Part shown: positions 24,970 to 35,065 of the stretch, in pieces | Numbering within the stretch: position 1 is the first letter of the stretch | Layout of the letters: the number at the start of each line of letters is the position of its first letter | Position numbers and translations under genes: made by a program | NCBI GenBank assembly: GCA_965552135.1 | Contig: CBEVQY010000028.1 | Coordinates: forward strand, 1 to 37,548 | DNA from: an uncultured bacterium | GTDB taxonomy: Bacteria; UBP14; UBA6098; B30-G16 | DNA length: 37,548 nucleotides | Reading direction: 5' to 3' | Notes under the pieces: generated by a model | Told to the model about the DNA's origin: nothing | Database searches by the model: none | Seen by the model: only the letters and a program-made list of their open reading frames with translations

Positions 24970-26362
24970 AATGCGCGGTGATGCGAGGGGCAAGAGGTCT
25001 TATTCCCACCTTGTCGCAGAGGTCCGGGTTGTGCAAAAGTTTTTCGGTTTCGCCGTCGAACGCCACTTCGCCTGCAGCGAGGGCGACGGTGCGGGAGGCG
25101 AACCTGGGCAAAAGCTCGGTTCTGTGGGTTATGACGACGACGGATGTCCTCCTCCGGGCAAGCCCTTCGAGGACGGAGAAGAACGTCTCCACCCCTTTGG
25201 CGTCGAGCGCGGCGAAGGGCTCGTCGAAGATGAGCAGGTCGGCTTTTGTGGCCAAAACGCCTGCTATCCCCACCCTTCGCTGCTGCCCGTCGGAAAGCTC
25301 GAAAGGCGACCTCGACCAAAGCCCCTCGTCGACGCCCACAAGCCCAAGCGCTTCCTCCGCCGCCTCGCGGGCGTTGGGGATGCCAAGGCTTGTGGGTCCA
25401 TAAAGCACGTCGCCTATAACCGTTTCGGCGAAAAGCTGTCTTTCGGGGAACTGCATCGCCACCGCCACGCGGCAGCGCCTGCAGACATCGCCCCCCGATG
25501 GCCTGAGCACGCCGGCGCACAAAAGCGCCAACGTCGTCTTGCCAGAGCCGCTTGCGCCAACCAAGCCCAAAAACTCGCCGCGCCTTATCCTGAAGTCCAC
25601 GCCCCTGAGCACGGGATCACCGTCGTAGGCGAAGGTCACGCCCTCAAGGGAGATGAGAATCTCATCGGTGGGGTCGGTTTGTATGGTTCGAAGCCTTGGC
25701 GCCACGGACGGCACCGCGCCCGGCACGACCCTGCCGCCCTCAAGCGCAACGGTCCTGTCGTAAAGGGACGCTATCTGCGGAGACTGCGTTATGTGCAGGA
25801 TCCCCTTCGTGTGGCGTATCTCCCTTATCGCTTCGACGAGGTGCCGGACGCCGCGGGCATCCAGGAAGCTTTCGGGCTCGTCGAGTACGATGAATTCGGC
25901 GTCGGTTGCGAGCGCGGAGGCGACCGCGAGGCGCGCCTTCATCCCCCCCGAAAGCTGAAGCGGCGAGCGAGACGCAACGTCGGCAAGCTCAAAGAGCTCC
26001 AGAAGCCCAAAAACCTTCTCCCGCAGCCTCTTTGGCGGAAGCGCCGCGTTTTCGGCGCCAAAGGCAATCTCCCTCAAAACGTCGCTGCCAACGAAGCCAT
26101 CCTCGGGGTTCTGGAAGACGTAGCCGATCCTGCGCCTGAAAAACGACGCGTCATCCCCCCACGGCGAAACGCCGTCCATCTCCACCACGCCGCGCTGCGG
26201 TCTGAGAACGCCAGCCAGAACGAGGGACAGGGTGGTCTTGCCGCTGCCGTTTTCGCCCGTAAGCGCCACACCCTCGCCGCTTCGGAGGGAGAGGCTGGCA
26301 CCGCAAAGGATGGGGGCGTCGCCGTAGCCGAAAAATATGTCCTCCGCCCGAAGGTAAGCCAT
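24968..26362 (-). CDS. Tandem-fused ABC ATPase of the ECF (CbiO/EcfA-EcfA') type
   Basis: Two Walker A motifs (GENGSGKTT, GASGSGKTT); VFQNPE..F and MQFPERQLFAETV Q-loops; SPFELS. Start placed at ATG 26362. Confidence 0.9.
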   Translation of the reverse strand: MAYLRAEDIFFGYGDAPILCGASLSLRSGEGVALTGENGSGKTTLSLVLAGVLRPQRGVVEMDGVSPWGDDASFFRRRIGYVFQNPEDGFVGSDVLREIAFGAENAALPPKRLREKVFGLLELFELADVASRSPLQLSGGMKARLAVASALATDAEFIVLDEPESFLDARGVRHLVEAIREIRHTKGILHITQSPQIASLYDRTVALEGGRVVPGAVPSVAPRLRTIQTDPTDEILISLEGVTFAYDGDPVLRGVDFRIRRGEFLGLVGASGSGKTTLALLCAGVLRPSGGDVCRRCRVAVAMQFPERQLFAETVIGDVLYGPTSLGIPNAREAAEEALGLVGVDEGLWSRSPFELSDGQQRRVGIAGVLATKADLLIFDEPFAALDAKGVETFFSVLEGLARRRTSVVVITHRTELLPRFASRTVALAAGEVAFDGETEKLLHNPDLCDKVGIRPLAPRITAH

Positions 26363-26484
26363 CCCCAACCCAAATAAAGTTAACCCTAATCTTTCTCCGG
26401 CAACACAAATAAAAAGTGGTTGACTTTTTTCAGTGTTAAGTGTTCCATTAAAAGTTGGGGCTTGGAAATGAGGGAGGTTGCGTT

Positions 26485-29400
26485 ATGCGAGTCAGGGGAG
26501 TGGTTTTGGCGTTGTTTCTTTTGTGTTTGGCTTCGTTTTTGCAGGCGAAGGACGCCCTGCCCACGCAGCGCGTTTACGTTTCCGCTGCGGACATCACCCC
26601 GACGGAGCTTGTGAGCCGGCTTGCCGCCGCCAAGCGCGCAGGCGACGAGGATCTGATCCTGGAGCTTCAGAGCCGTATAGACGAGCTTGCCGGCGTTGGC
26701 GAGGCGCAGAGCATCGATTGCGCAACCCGCGTTGCGCCGCTTAGGCATCTGCCCGAGGGCGCACGGGCAAAGTCGTTCGGCAGCGACGTATACGCCGCAG
26801 CATCCACCAACTTCGAGGGTGCGCCGGCGATCGACTGCGCCTCAAGCGGCGAAATCTTTCTGGCATACGAGGCAAGGGACAGCGAACACCCGCACAAGTA
26901 CATAGCCGTCATAAAATCCACCGACGGCGGCGAAACCTGGTTCCCGCTCATCCAAATAGCGAACGACTACAGCGACCTCAACTACCCTCAGCTCGTTGTG
27001 GGCGAAGGGGAGCAGGACTGGGTGTTCGTTTCGTACCACACCTCCGGCGGCGACGTTCAGGTGGCGCGGTTCTCGTTCTCCGGCGCCGCCGGAGAAGCCC
27101 GCTCGCTTGATGGAACTATTTTCACCAGCAAGTTCAACGCCAGAATCACCGTCGACGGCGATTATTACTACTACGTTTACGTTGCGTACATCCGCAGCGG
27201 TCTTTTGGGCTCCGAGGTCCACGTTGCGCGCTCAACAGACTTCGGCACAAGCTGGTCGATAATTGATCCTACCTCCGAGGGCGCTGCATACTGCGACATC
27301 GCCAACACGGGCGGTTCGAACTTCGTTTTGGTGACGCAGACCGGGGGCGGCGAGGAGAGCGGCATCTGGACGGCTCGGAGCACCGACTACTGCGCCACCT
27401 GGGGCAGCGGAACGACCGTTGCATCCTCGGGCGCGTACCCAAGGGTGGCGGGCAAAGACGGAAACGCCGCCATCGTATACGTGTACAAATATTCCGACAG
27501 CGACCACGACATCTACAGCGCCATCTCCACCGACCACGGCGCAAGCTGGGCGACCCACCCCGTCGTCCTCACCTACCGCGACGAGAAGTTCGCCGACGTG
27601 GACGCCAACGACGCCGGGTTCCTCCTGGCGTACTGGGAGCAGGGCAAGATAAGGCTTATTTCGCGCCCATTTGGCGGCGGCTGGGGCGTATCGAGCGACG
27701 TCTCGGACGAGGCTACGGCTCAGGCGACATTCCCGAGCGTGGGCGTTTTGAACGAGGCGCCCGGCGGATGCCCCGTGGTCGCATGGGAGATGCGCTTCTC
27801 CGACACCGACCACGACATCCTCTTCGACAAAAACTGCTGCGACGAGCTTTCCGCAGGACTCTACGCCTTCCCAACGGAGGGCGTGGCGCCGCTTGACGTC
27901 CTGTTCAGGGACGAGAGCAGCGGGCTTGTGGAAAGCAGGGTGATCTACTTCGGCGACGGCGAAACCTCCGAGGCCGACTCGGTCGTCCACACATACGACG
28001 TCCCGGGAACGTATACGGCAAAGCTTGTTGCGTCGAACTTCTGCATGTCGGATACCGCTGAGGTTACGATAAACGTTTTGTGCCCCGAGCTTTCGTGCCG
28101 TCTTTGGGCATCGGTTTTGGGCGGGACGGCACCGCTTACCGTCACCTTCGCCGACAGCTCCACGGGCTTCGTCTCGGAGCGGCATTGGGACTTCGGCGAC
28201 GGCGGCACAGCGTCCGACGCAACCGTCGAACACACATTCACCGAGGCGGGAACCTACACCGTGACGCTTGTGGTCTCCGACCCGTGCGGGAGCTCGGACA
28301 CCGCAACGACGACCGTTTGGGTCTACGAGCCCGTGGGTCCCCTCGTAAGCGTTGGCGAGCACACCCTCGACTTCGGCGAAGTCGGCGTTGGACACTGCGC
28401 GTCGCTCCAGCTCTCCATAACCAACATCGGCGACGCAACGCTTGTCATCTCGGGCTTTGGAACGAGCAACCCGAGCTTCGTCGCGCCGTCTGTGGGGGCG
28501 ATCGAGCTTGAGCCCGGCGAGTGGGACACCGTGGAGGTCCAGTTCTGCCCCACCGACACGGGATACTACGACGAGGTCCTCACGATATACTCCAACGACT
28601 CGGTGCATCCGGATTACCCCGTGTGGCTGCGCGGGACTGGCGTTGCAACGCCCGACCCCATAACCGTCACCCCCGCCGTGCTCGAGTTCGACAGCGTTGG
28701 GACAAGCGAATGCGAGACGAAGCGCATAACGGTGAGGAACAACGGCGACGAGCCCGTTGCCGTAACGGGGCTTACGCTTTACGGCTCGGGGGCGTTCTCG
28801 ATCGTTGGGCACGATACATTCACCGTCTACCCCGGCTCCTACCGCTACATCACGATAAAGTTCTGCCCCGGTGGGGTCACAAGCTACGCGGGAACCCTCA
28901 TAGTTCACACCGAGGTTGGCGACTACACAGTCTCGCTTTTGGGGCTTGCCTACGATGAGATAACCTGCATCGACTACGGGTCATATCAGATCTGCTCCAA
29001 CCACATAGACGGCAATCGCGTCTACGGCGACATCAGGCTCGTCAACTCGGAGGGCGACACCGTTGCGCGGATAGGGTCGGTTGGCGACCTCGGGGCATAC
29101 ATCGACCTGAGCCTTGATGCGGGCACCGGTCTTGCGCGGTTCGTGAAGGATGACGGCTCAATCGAATACGTTTACGGCGGCGCGTTCGACCTGACTTACA
29201 CGGGTCTTAGGTTCCGCTTCGACCCGAGCACTTCGATGCTGCCCGACTCCATAAGGGAGCGCATAATCCCCGACTCGCTTCTGGGCGCCCCGTTCTCGTT
29301 TACTGCATCCCTCGACCCTGCGATAATAAACGTGGACTACGGCTGGTGGCAGATAAGCGGCGACATATCGATAAACTGGGGCGGTTTCAGCGGCGCCGCG

Positions 29401-32400
29401 GGAGTGTACAGGCGCTGCCACCGCGACGGAACAACCGAATACTACGTCGACGACTTCGAGCTGGGGCTTTGGGATAACGCCTTCCAGTTCAAGTTCAGGG
29501 ACGTCTACGTCGTCGGCGACACGCTTATTGCGGGAAGACTCTACCTCAAGCTCAACTCGTCCCTCATACCGTCCACAAGCCTCATCGACGGCGGATACTT
29601 CTCGATAGACGCGAGGTCGATAGTCATCTTCCACGGCAGGGTCATCGATATGGACCTCGCCCTCACCTTCCCCGACCTCACCTTCCCGGTCGGCGGGCAC
29701 ATGGTTGCCATAAGGCGAGCGATGATGAGGCTTGTCTGGGAGGACGGCGAGGTCACCAGGTTCTCCGGCGGCGGCAGGTTCGAGATATCTGGTCTTCTGC
29801 CTGACCTCGGCTCCGACACGTACATAGGCGCCTACGTCACCATAATTCGCGATGTCGGCTTAGACGACGTAAGGCTCGAGTTTATGGGCTGGAGCCCGGG
29901 CATCCCGCTTGGCACGACGGGATTCTTCCTCACGGGGATAGCCGGCGAGGTCCGCCATATAACCGACCCCGCCAACCTCTACGTCGAGTTTGGCTGCCAG
30001 CTTTCGGGCGGTCCTTCGGTGCCGTACTTCGGCTCTGTGGTCAGGATGGAGCCGACGGTTTGGATAGACCTTGGCGAGGACGAGTTCGGTCTTGAGGGTA
30101 CGGTCAGGTTCCTCGAGCATCTCGCGCGGGGTGAGGCTGGGTTCATCTACGACTGGAACTACGGTGGAGGCGGCTGGGCGCTTATGGGCTATGCGAACCT
30201 GCGCGCCGGCATAACGGATCACATCTGGGCGCGCGGCGGGACAGAGCTTGCGATGTGGCGCGAGCCCGACGGCGACTTCCACCTCACAGGCGACGCAGGG
30301 GTCGAAGTACACATCGACCACCACGCAATAGCCTGGCTCTTCCCAACGCACGATATTGAGGTTGAGGGCAGGGTTCTCTACGGCGAGTTCCGCCACGGCG
30401 GCGACTCCGGAGGACACTGGGGGCTTAAGGGCGAGGCATACATAAACTTCTTCGGGCTCCATCCGTCGTTCGCGTACATCGACGGGCATGTCTCACTCCT
30501 CGGCGACGCCGAGGCGTACACACCGATGGAGATGCGCAGGCTGTTCCTCAAGAGCCACATCGTCACCGAGGAGCTCAGGTATGAGATCGGCTCGACCGAC
30601 ATGAACCTGTTCATCCTGAGAACGGCACAGGACGTTCGTCCAACCCTTTCTGTCGAGCTTCCCGACGGTCGCGTAATAACCCGCGACTCCTGCTCCTTCG
30701 ATGAGGCGGACCGCTACGTTTGGGTCGAGGGCTACTACGACGGCCACCTCTACCAGGGCATGATGATAAAGGAGAACGCGCCCGGGGAGTGGGTCGTCAG
30801 GATCAGCGACCTTCCCGCGGGCGACACGGACCACCTCGTTCAGGCGAAGGGGTTCCACAACCCGCTTGCGCTTTCGCTTGAGGTCTCGCCCACACCCGAC
30901 GGCTTCCGCGTTTCGGGCGATGTCCTGGGCGCCACGCCCGACGACACCGTGTTTGTGACGCTTATGCTCAAACCCAACGACATCGAGGCGGGTCCTGCGC
31001 CCGTAGCAGAGATAACACTCGCCGGAGAATACTCCGTCGACACCACATTCTCCTTCGCCCAGCTCGGCTTTATGGAGGGCGACTATCACATCATCGCCTA
31101 CGCCGAGGATAAGCTCGACAGGTTTGCGATGTTCGTCGACTCGAGCGCGGTCGTTTCGGTTCCTGCCGACGACGTTCCGCCCTCCCCGCCCACGGGTGCC
31201 GTTGCTGCCTGGGTCGACGACGAGACCGTTCGACTCGCCTGGATGCCGTCAAGCGAGCCCGACGTGGCGGGATACAAGGTCTACAAGGGCTGGCTTGTTG
31301 GCGGCGAGCCCGAGTGGTGGGAGACAATCGACGTTGCCGATGTGACCTACTACCTCTTCGACAACGCCAAGGTCATGGTTCCCGAGACGCTTGAGTTCGT
31401 GTTCGGGCTTTCCGCCTACGACAACTCGGGCAACGAAAGCGCCGTTGAGGTCGTCGTTCCCGCCGGCGCCGACCCGTCGGAGCGCGACACCGTGCCGCCT
31501 TCGGTGGCGTTCGACTACATCTCGCCCAACCTCGAGGAAAGGACGCTTACAGTTTCGTGGCACGCCGACGAGGAGATCTACGCCTACGTGCTTGCCATCG
31601 GCACGGCGCCAGGGGAGATCACCTACAAGCGCATCGTTCCCGGCAGCCAGAGCGAGTGCACATTCGAAAAGCTCGCCGTTGGGGCGGATTACTACCTCTC
31701 CATCATAGCCGTCGACATGGGTCTGAACTACAGCGCGCCCGAGAGCGCGGTGGTTGCGTTCTACGACGTCTCCGATGCCGACGGCGACGGCTTGCCCGAC
31801 TGGTGGGAGGAGTTCTACTTCGGCGACGCCGACTCCTGTGATCCCGAGGGCGACGCCGACGGCGACCTCGTATCCAACAGGAACGAATACCTCGCAGGTA
31901 CAGACCCCAACGACATCGACAGCGACGGCGACGGCGTTCCTGATCTTTCGGAGATAGCGTCGCCGCTGCTCGATCCCAACGACGCCAGCGATGCCGACGG
32001 CGACAGGCTGCCCGACGACTGGGAGGAGTACTTCTTCGGCACCGACACGCTGCGCAACCTCGCCAACCTCGACTCCGACGGAGATGGTCTCAGCAACCTC
32101 GAGGAGTATGAGCACCGCACCGACCCGCACGACGTCGACACCGATGGCGGCGGGCTGCGCGACGGCGACGAAGTGCAGCTCTCCTGCGATCCCAACGACC
32201 CAGCCGACGACGACGATGTCGTGTGGACGATACATCTCTCCACAGGATGGAACATGATCTCCCTGCCCGTCCAGCCGCCGACCACAAGCTGGCGCGAGCT
32301 GTTCCCGTCTGCCATCGAGGCATACACCTACGACCCCGTCGCCCAAACATACTACCCCGTCGACGAGCTTGAGATCGGGCGAGGGTACTGGCTCCTCTCC

Positions 32401-33021
32401 CTCGCCGATATGGACGTTTCGCTTTCCGGCGTTCCCGTCTTCTCCTACACGCTCTCGTGCGGTTCGGGCTGGAACATGGTCGCTGCGCCAATGGTCCCCA
32501 CAGGGTTCCCTGCAAGCGCCATCGAGACCGACCCCGCCGACGTGACGCTGCCGCCAACATTCTGGTTCGACGGAACCACGTACATAAGCACGCCGATGCT
32601 CGAGCCGGGCAAGGGCTACTGGCTGCTTCTGACCTCCGACTGCGTCCTTACGGTCGACAGGAGCGCCATGGGCTGGGGTCGCGGCGTTTTGGCGGCATCG
32701 GGCGAGCTTCCGCCGCCGCCTCCCTCGGCTGCGGCACAGCTCCCCGAAAAGCTCGGTATGACCGTTGCGCCAACGCCGTTCAACTCGGCGACGCAGATAA
32801 GGCTTGCGCTGCCTCAGGCGGGCGACGTCGCCATCGCCGTATACGACTGCAGCGGACACCTGGTGCGAACGCTTTACTCGGGCTGGCTTGAGGCGGGCTC
32901 GCACACGTTCCGCTGGGACGGGACATCGGCGGAAGGCACAAAAGCCCAGAGCGGCGTCTACATCATAAGGGCGCAGACGCCAACGGCGACGTTCGTGCGC
33001 AGGGCGGTGTACGTGAGATAG
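26485..33021 (+). CDS. Giant secreted multidomain protein: Asp-box (BNR) propeller, 2 PKD, 2 ASH/choice-of-anchor D Ig, long beta region, FN3, TSP3-like Ca-binding repeats, FlgD-Ig/T9SS CTD
   Basis: RBS gggagg; signal peptide; STDGGETW/STDFGTSW/STDYCATW/STDHGASW; WDFGDG..HTF..GTYTVTL; LDFGEV..ITNIGDATL; DADGDGLPDWWE repeats; PTPFNSAT..WDGT..SGVY..VYVR. Confidence 0.9.
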   Translation: MRVRGVVLALFLLCLASFLQAKDALPTQRVYVSAADITPTELVSRLAAAKRAGDEDLILELQSRIDELAGVGEAQSIDCATRVAPLRHLPEGARAKSFGSDVYAAASTNFEGAPAIDCASSGEIFLAYEARDSEHPHKYIAVIKSTDGGETWFPLIQIANDYSDLNYPQLVVGEGEQDWVFVSYHTSGGDVQVARFSFSGAAGEARSLDGTIFTSKFNARITVDGDYYYYVYVAYIRSGLLGSEVHVARSTDFGTSWSIIDPTSEGAAYCDIANTGGSNFVLVTQTGGGEESGIWTARSTDYCATWGSGTTVASSGAYPRVAGKDGNAAIVYVYKYSDSDHDIYSAISTDHGASWATHPVVLTYRDEKFADVDANDAGFLLAYWEQGKIRLISRPFGGGWGVSSDVSDEATAQATFPSVGVLNEAPGGCPVVAWEMRFSDTDHDILFDKNCCDELSAGLYAFPTEGVAPLDVLFRDESSGLVESRVIYFGDGETSEADSVVHTYDVPGTYTAKLVASNFCMSDTAEVTINVLCPELSCRLWASVLGGTAPLTVTFADSSTGFVSERHWDFGDGGTASDATVEHTFTEAGTYTVTLVVSDPCGSSDTATTTVWVYEPVGPLVSVGEHTLDFGEVGVGHCASLQLSITNIGDATLVISGFGTSNPSFVAPSVGAIELEPGEWDTVEVQFCPTDTGYYDEVLTIYSNDSVHPDYPVWLRGTGVATPDPITVTPAVLEFDSVGTSECETKRITVRNNGDEPVAVTGLTLYGSGAFSIVGHDTFTVYPGSYRYITIKFCPGGVTSYAGTLIVHTEVGDYTVSLLGLAYDEITCIDYGSYQICSNHIDGNRVYGDIRLVNSEGDTVARIGSVGDLGAYIDLSLDAGTGLARFVKDDGSIEYVYGGAFDLTYTGLRFRFDPSTSMLPDSIRERIIPDSLLGAPFSFTASLDPAIINVDYGWWQISGDISINWGGFSGAAGVYRRCHRDGTTEYYVDDFELGLWDNAFQFKFRDVYVVGDTLIAGRLYLKLNSSLIPSTSLIDGGYFSIDARSIVIFHGRVIDMDLALTFPDLTFPVGGHMVAIRRAMMRLVWEDGEVTRFSGGGRFEISGLLPDLGSDTYIGAYVTIIRDVGLDDVRLEFMGWSPGIPLGTTGFFLTGIAGEVRHITDPANLYVEFGCQLSGGPSVPYFGSVVRMEPTVWIDLGEDEFGLEGTVRFLEHLARGEAGFIYDWNYGGGGWALMGYANLRAGITDHIWARGGTELAMWREPDGDFHLTGDAGVEVHIDHHAIAWLFPTHDIEVEGRVLYGEFRHGGDSGGHWGLKGEAYINFFGLHPSFAYIDGHVSLLGDAEAYTPMEMRRLFLKSHIVTEELRYEIGSTDMNLFILRTAQDVRPTLSVELPDGRVITRDSCSFDEADRYVWVEGYYDGHLYQGMMIKENAPGEWVVRISDLPAGDTDHLVQAKGFHNPLALSLEVSPTPDGFRVSGDVLGATPDDTVFVTLMLKPNDIEAGPAPVAEITLAGEYSVDTTFSFAQLGFMEGDYHIIAYAEDKLDRFAMFVDSSAVVSVPADDVPPSPPTGAVAAWVDDETVRLAWMPSSEPDVAGYKVYKGWLVGGEPEWWETIDVADVTYYLFDNAKVMVPETLEFVFGLSAYDNSGNESAVEVVVPAGADPSERDTVPPSVAFDYISPNLEERTLTVSWHADEEIYAYVLAIGTAPGEITYKRIVPGSQSECTFEKLAVGADYYLSIIAVDMGLNYSAPESAVVAFYDVSDADGDGLPDWWEEFYFGDADSCDPEGDADGDLVSNRNEYLAGTDPNDIDSDGDGVPDLSEIASPLLDPNDASDADGDRLPDDWEEYFFGTDTLRNLANLDSDGDGLSNLEEYEHRTDPHDVDTDGGGLRDGDEVQLSCDPNDPADDDDVVWTIHLSTGWNMISLPVQPPTTSWRELFPSAIEAYTYDPVAQTYYPVDELEIGRGYWLLSLADMDVSLSGVPVFSYTLSCGSGWNMVAAPMVPTGFPASAIETDPADVTLPPTFWFDGTTYISTPMLEPGKGYWLLLTSDCVLTVDRSAMGWGRGVLAASGELPPPPPSAAAQLPEKLGMTVAPTPFNSATQIRLALPQAGDVAIAVYDCSGHLVRTLYSGWLEAGSHTFRWDGTSAEGTKAQSGVYIIRAQTPTATFVRRAVYVR

Positions 33022-33046
33022 CCGGCGCAGCGGGCGCGAGGAACCC

Positions 33047-33073
33047 AAAAGGCCCCCGATGAGGGGGCCTTTT
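33047..33073. terminator. Bidirectional Rho-independent terminator between convergent genes
   Basis: aaaaggcccccgatgagggggcctttt. Confidence 0.8.
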
Positions 33074-33248
33074 CTTTTCGGGGATCCCTTCCTCCTGGGG
33101 ACCTTTCAGCAAGCCCAGGCGGGACCTTTCCTCATGCAATCCCGATGAGCGAAGCTCTTCATCCGATCCTAAAACCTCAGAAGCTCCGCCTCATCGGCGG
33201 AAAAGATCTCCCTCCGCGCCCAAACCCTATCGAACGCGCGGCAAAGGG

Positions 33249-35027
33249 CTACTCCTCTGCCACCTCGGCAATTAGCCTGTCTATTGCCTCGCGCACCTTT
33301 TGCTTTATCTTGGGGTATTCCTCCTCGGCTTTGTCGTGAGGGATGTACTTTGCCCTTGCGATGAGCTCCCGCTCCGGCAGGTATGCGATTTTGTCGAACG
33401 GCACGCCCGCCTCAAGCGCGCGCTTCGCCTCGGGCTCAAAGAAAAGCACAAGATCAAGCAAAAGCTTTTGCTTGTGTATGGGGCAGTACGTGTCGACCTC
33501 GTGGAAGGCGTGCTGCTGGAGGAAGTCCTCCCTTATCGACCTTGCCACCTCGAGCACGAGCCTGTCGCTCTCCGGCAGAGACTCTGCGCCGACGAGGCGC
33601 ACGATCTCCTGAAGCTCCGCCTCCTTCTGAAGAAGCGCCATCGCGTGGTTCCGTTGCTTGACAAACTCCTCCGAAAGGTTCTCCTCGTACCACGGGTCGA
33701 GGTTTTCGTGGTAGAGGGTGTACGACTCGAGCCAGGAGATCGCCGGGAAGTGCCTTTGATACGCAAGCTCTGCCTTAAGCGACCAGAATACCCTGACGAC
33801 CCTGAGCGTAGCCTGGACGACGGGGTCTGCGAGGTCGCCGCCGGGAGGGGATACGGCACCTATGACCGATAGTGCGCCCTTTCGGTCGTCGCTTCCGAGG
33901 GTGTCGACGTAGCCTGCGCGCTCGTAAAACTCGGCTATTCGCCTGCCCAAATAAGCCGGATAACCCTCCTCGCCCGGCATCTCCTCAAGCCTGCCCGAAA
34001 TCTCCCTCATCGCCTCCGCCCAGCGGGATGTGGAATCGGCCATAAGGGCAACCGAGTACCCCATATCGCGGAAGTATTCGGCTATTGTGATTCCCGTGTA
34101 GACCGACGCCTCCCTCGCCGCAACGGGCATGTTGGATGTGTTTGCGATAAGCACCGTTCTCTCCATAAGGGGTCGTCCGGTGCGCGGGTCCTCGAGTTCG
34201 GGGAACTCGGTCAGGACGTCGGTCATCTCGTTTCCTCGCTCGCCGCAGCCAACGTAGACTATGATCTCCGCGTCGCACCACTTGGCGAGCTGATGCTGGA
34301 TTACCGTTTTGCCCGAGCCGAACGGTCCTGGGACGCAGGCGGTGCCGCCCTTGGCAACGGGGAAGAATGTGTCGAGGATCCTCTGTCCCGTCACAAGCGG
34401 CATGTAGGGTTTGTGCTTGACCTTGTACGGTCGCGGCGTCCTCACAGGCCAGCGCTGCATCATCGTGAGCTTCACCTCGTTGCCGCCATCGTCCCTCAGG
34501 ACGCAGACAACGTCCTCGACGGTGAAGTCCCCCTCCTCTATGTGCTCGACCGTGCCGCCAAGCCCGGGCGGAACCATTATCCTGTGCTCGACTATGGGCG
34601 TCTCCTGGACGGTGCCGATTATGTCCCCCTCAACGACCCTATCGCCGGGCTTAACCCGCGGGACGAAGTGCCACCTCTTGTCCCTGGGCAGCGGATCGAC
34701 CTCAACCCCGCGCGTGATGAAGTCGCCGACCTGCTCCTTTATCTTCGAAAGCGGGCGCTGGATGCCGTCGAATATGGCGGACACAAGCCCAGGACCAAGC
34801 TCAACCGAAAGCGGCGCACCGGTGAGGTACACAGGCTCGCCAACGCCTATCCCGCCGGTCTCCTCGTAAACCTGGATCGACGCAAGATCACCCCTAAGCT
34901 CGATGATCTCACCAACAAGGCGCTTCTCCGAAACCCTGACGACGTCGTACATCCTCGCGCCGTACATATTCTCCGCCACAACGAGCGGACCGGCAACCTT
35001 AACCGTCCTGCCAACTTGCTCCGACAT
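33249..35027 (-). CDS. ntpA: V/A-type ATP synthase catalytic subunit A
   Basis: [73 protein letters not shown] aaggagg before ATG 35027; no intein. Confidence 0.96.
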   Translation of the reverse strand: MSEQVGRTVKVAGPLVVAENMYGARMYDVVRVSEKRLVGEIIELRGDLASIQVYEETGGIGVGEPVYLTGAPLSVELGPGLVSAIFDGIQRPLSKIKEQVGDFITRGVEVDPLPRDKRWHFVPRVKPGDRVVEGDIIGTVQETPIVEHRIMVPPGLGGTVEHIEEGDFTVEDVVCVLRDDGGNEVKLTMMQRWPVRTPRPYKVKHKPYMPLVTGQRILDTFFPVAKGGTACVPGPFGSGKTVIQHQLAKWCDAEIIVYVGCGERGNEMTDVLTEFPELEDPRTGRPLMERTVLIANTSNMPVAAREASVYTGITIAEYFRDMGYSVALMADSTSRWAEAMREISGRLEEMPGEEGYPAYLGRRIAEFYERAGYVDTLGSDDRKGALSVIGAVSPPGGDLADPVVQATLRVVRVFWSLKAELAYQRHFPAISWLESYTLYHENLDPWYEENLSEEFVKQRNHAMALLQKEAELQEIVRLVGAESLPESDRLVLEVARSIREDFLQQHAFHEVDTYCPIHKQKLLLDLVLFFEPEAKRALEAGVPFDKIAYLPERELIARAKYIPHDKAEEEYPKIKQKVREAIDRLIAEVAEE

Positions 35028-35065
35028 CGCCTCCTTGCCTCCCCAAATGCCTTCCTCGTCGCCCA

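Noticed and set aside
26420..26448. TTGACT as the promoter of the 2178-aa gene
   Set aside because: No convincing -10 element at 16-18 nt spacing, so it was not called.
31774..32217. gacggcgac-rich DNA repeats
   Set aside because: Explained by protein-level DxDGDG calcium-binding (TSP3-like) repeats.
33056..33200. Hammerhead-like ccgatgag motifs
   Set aside because: The core would need CUGANGA and a matching GAAA three-way junction, which I could not build.
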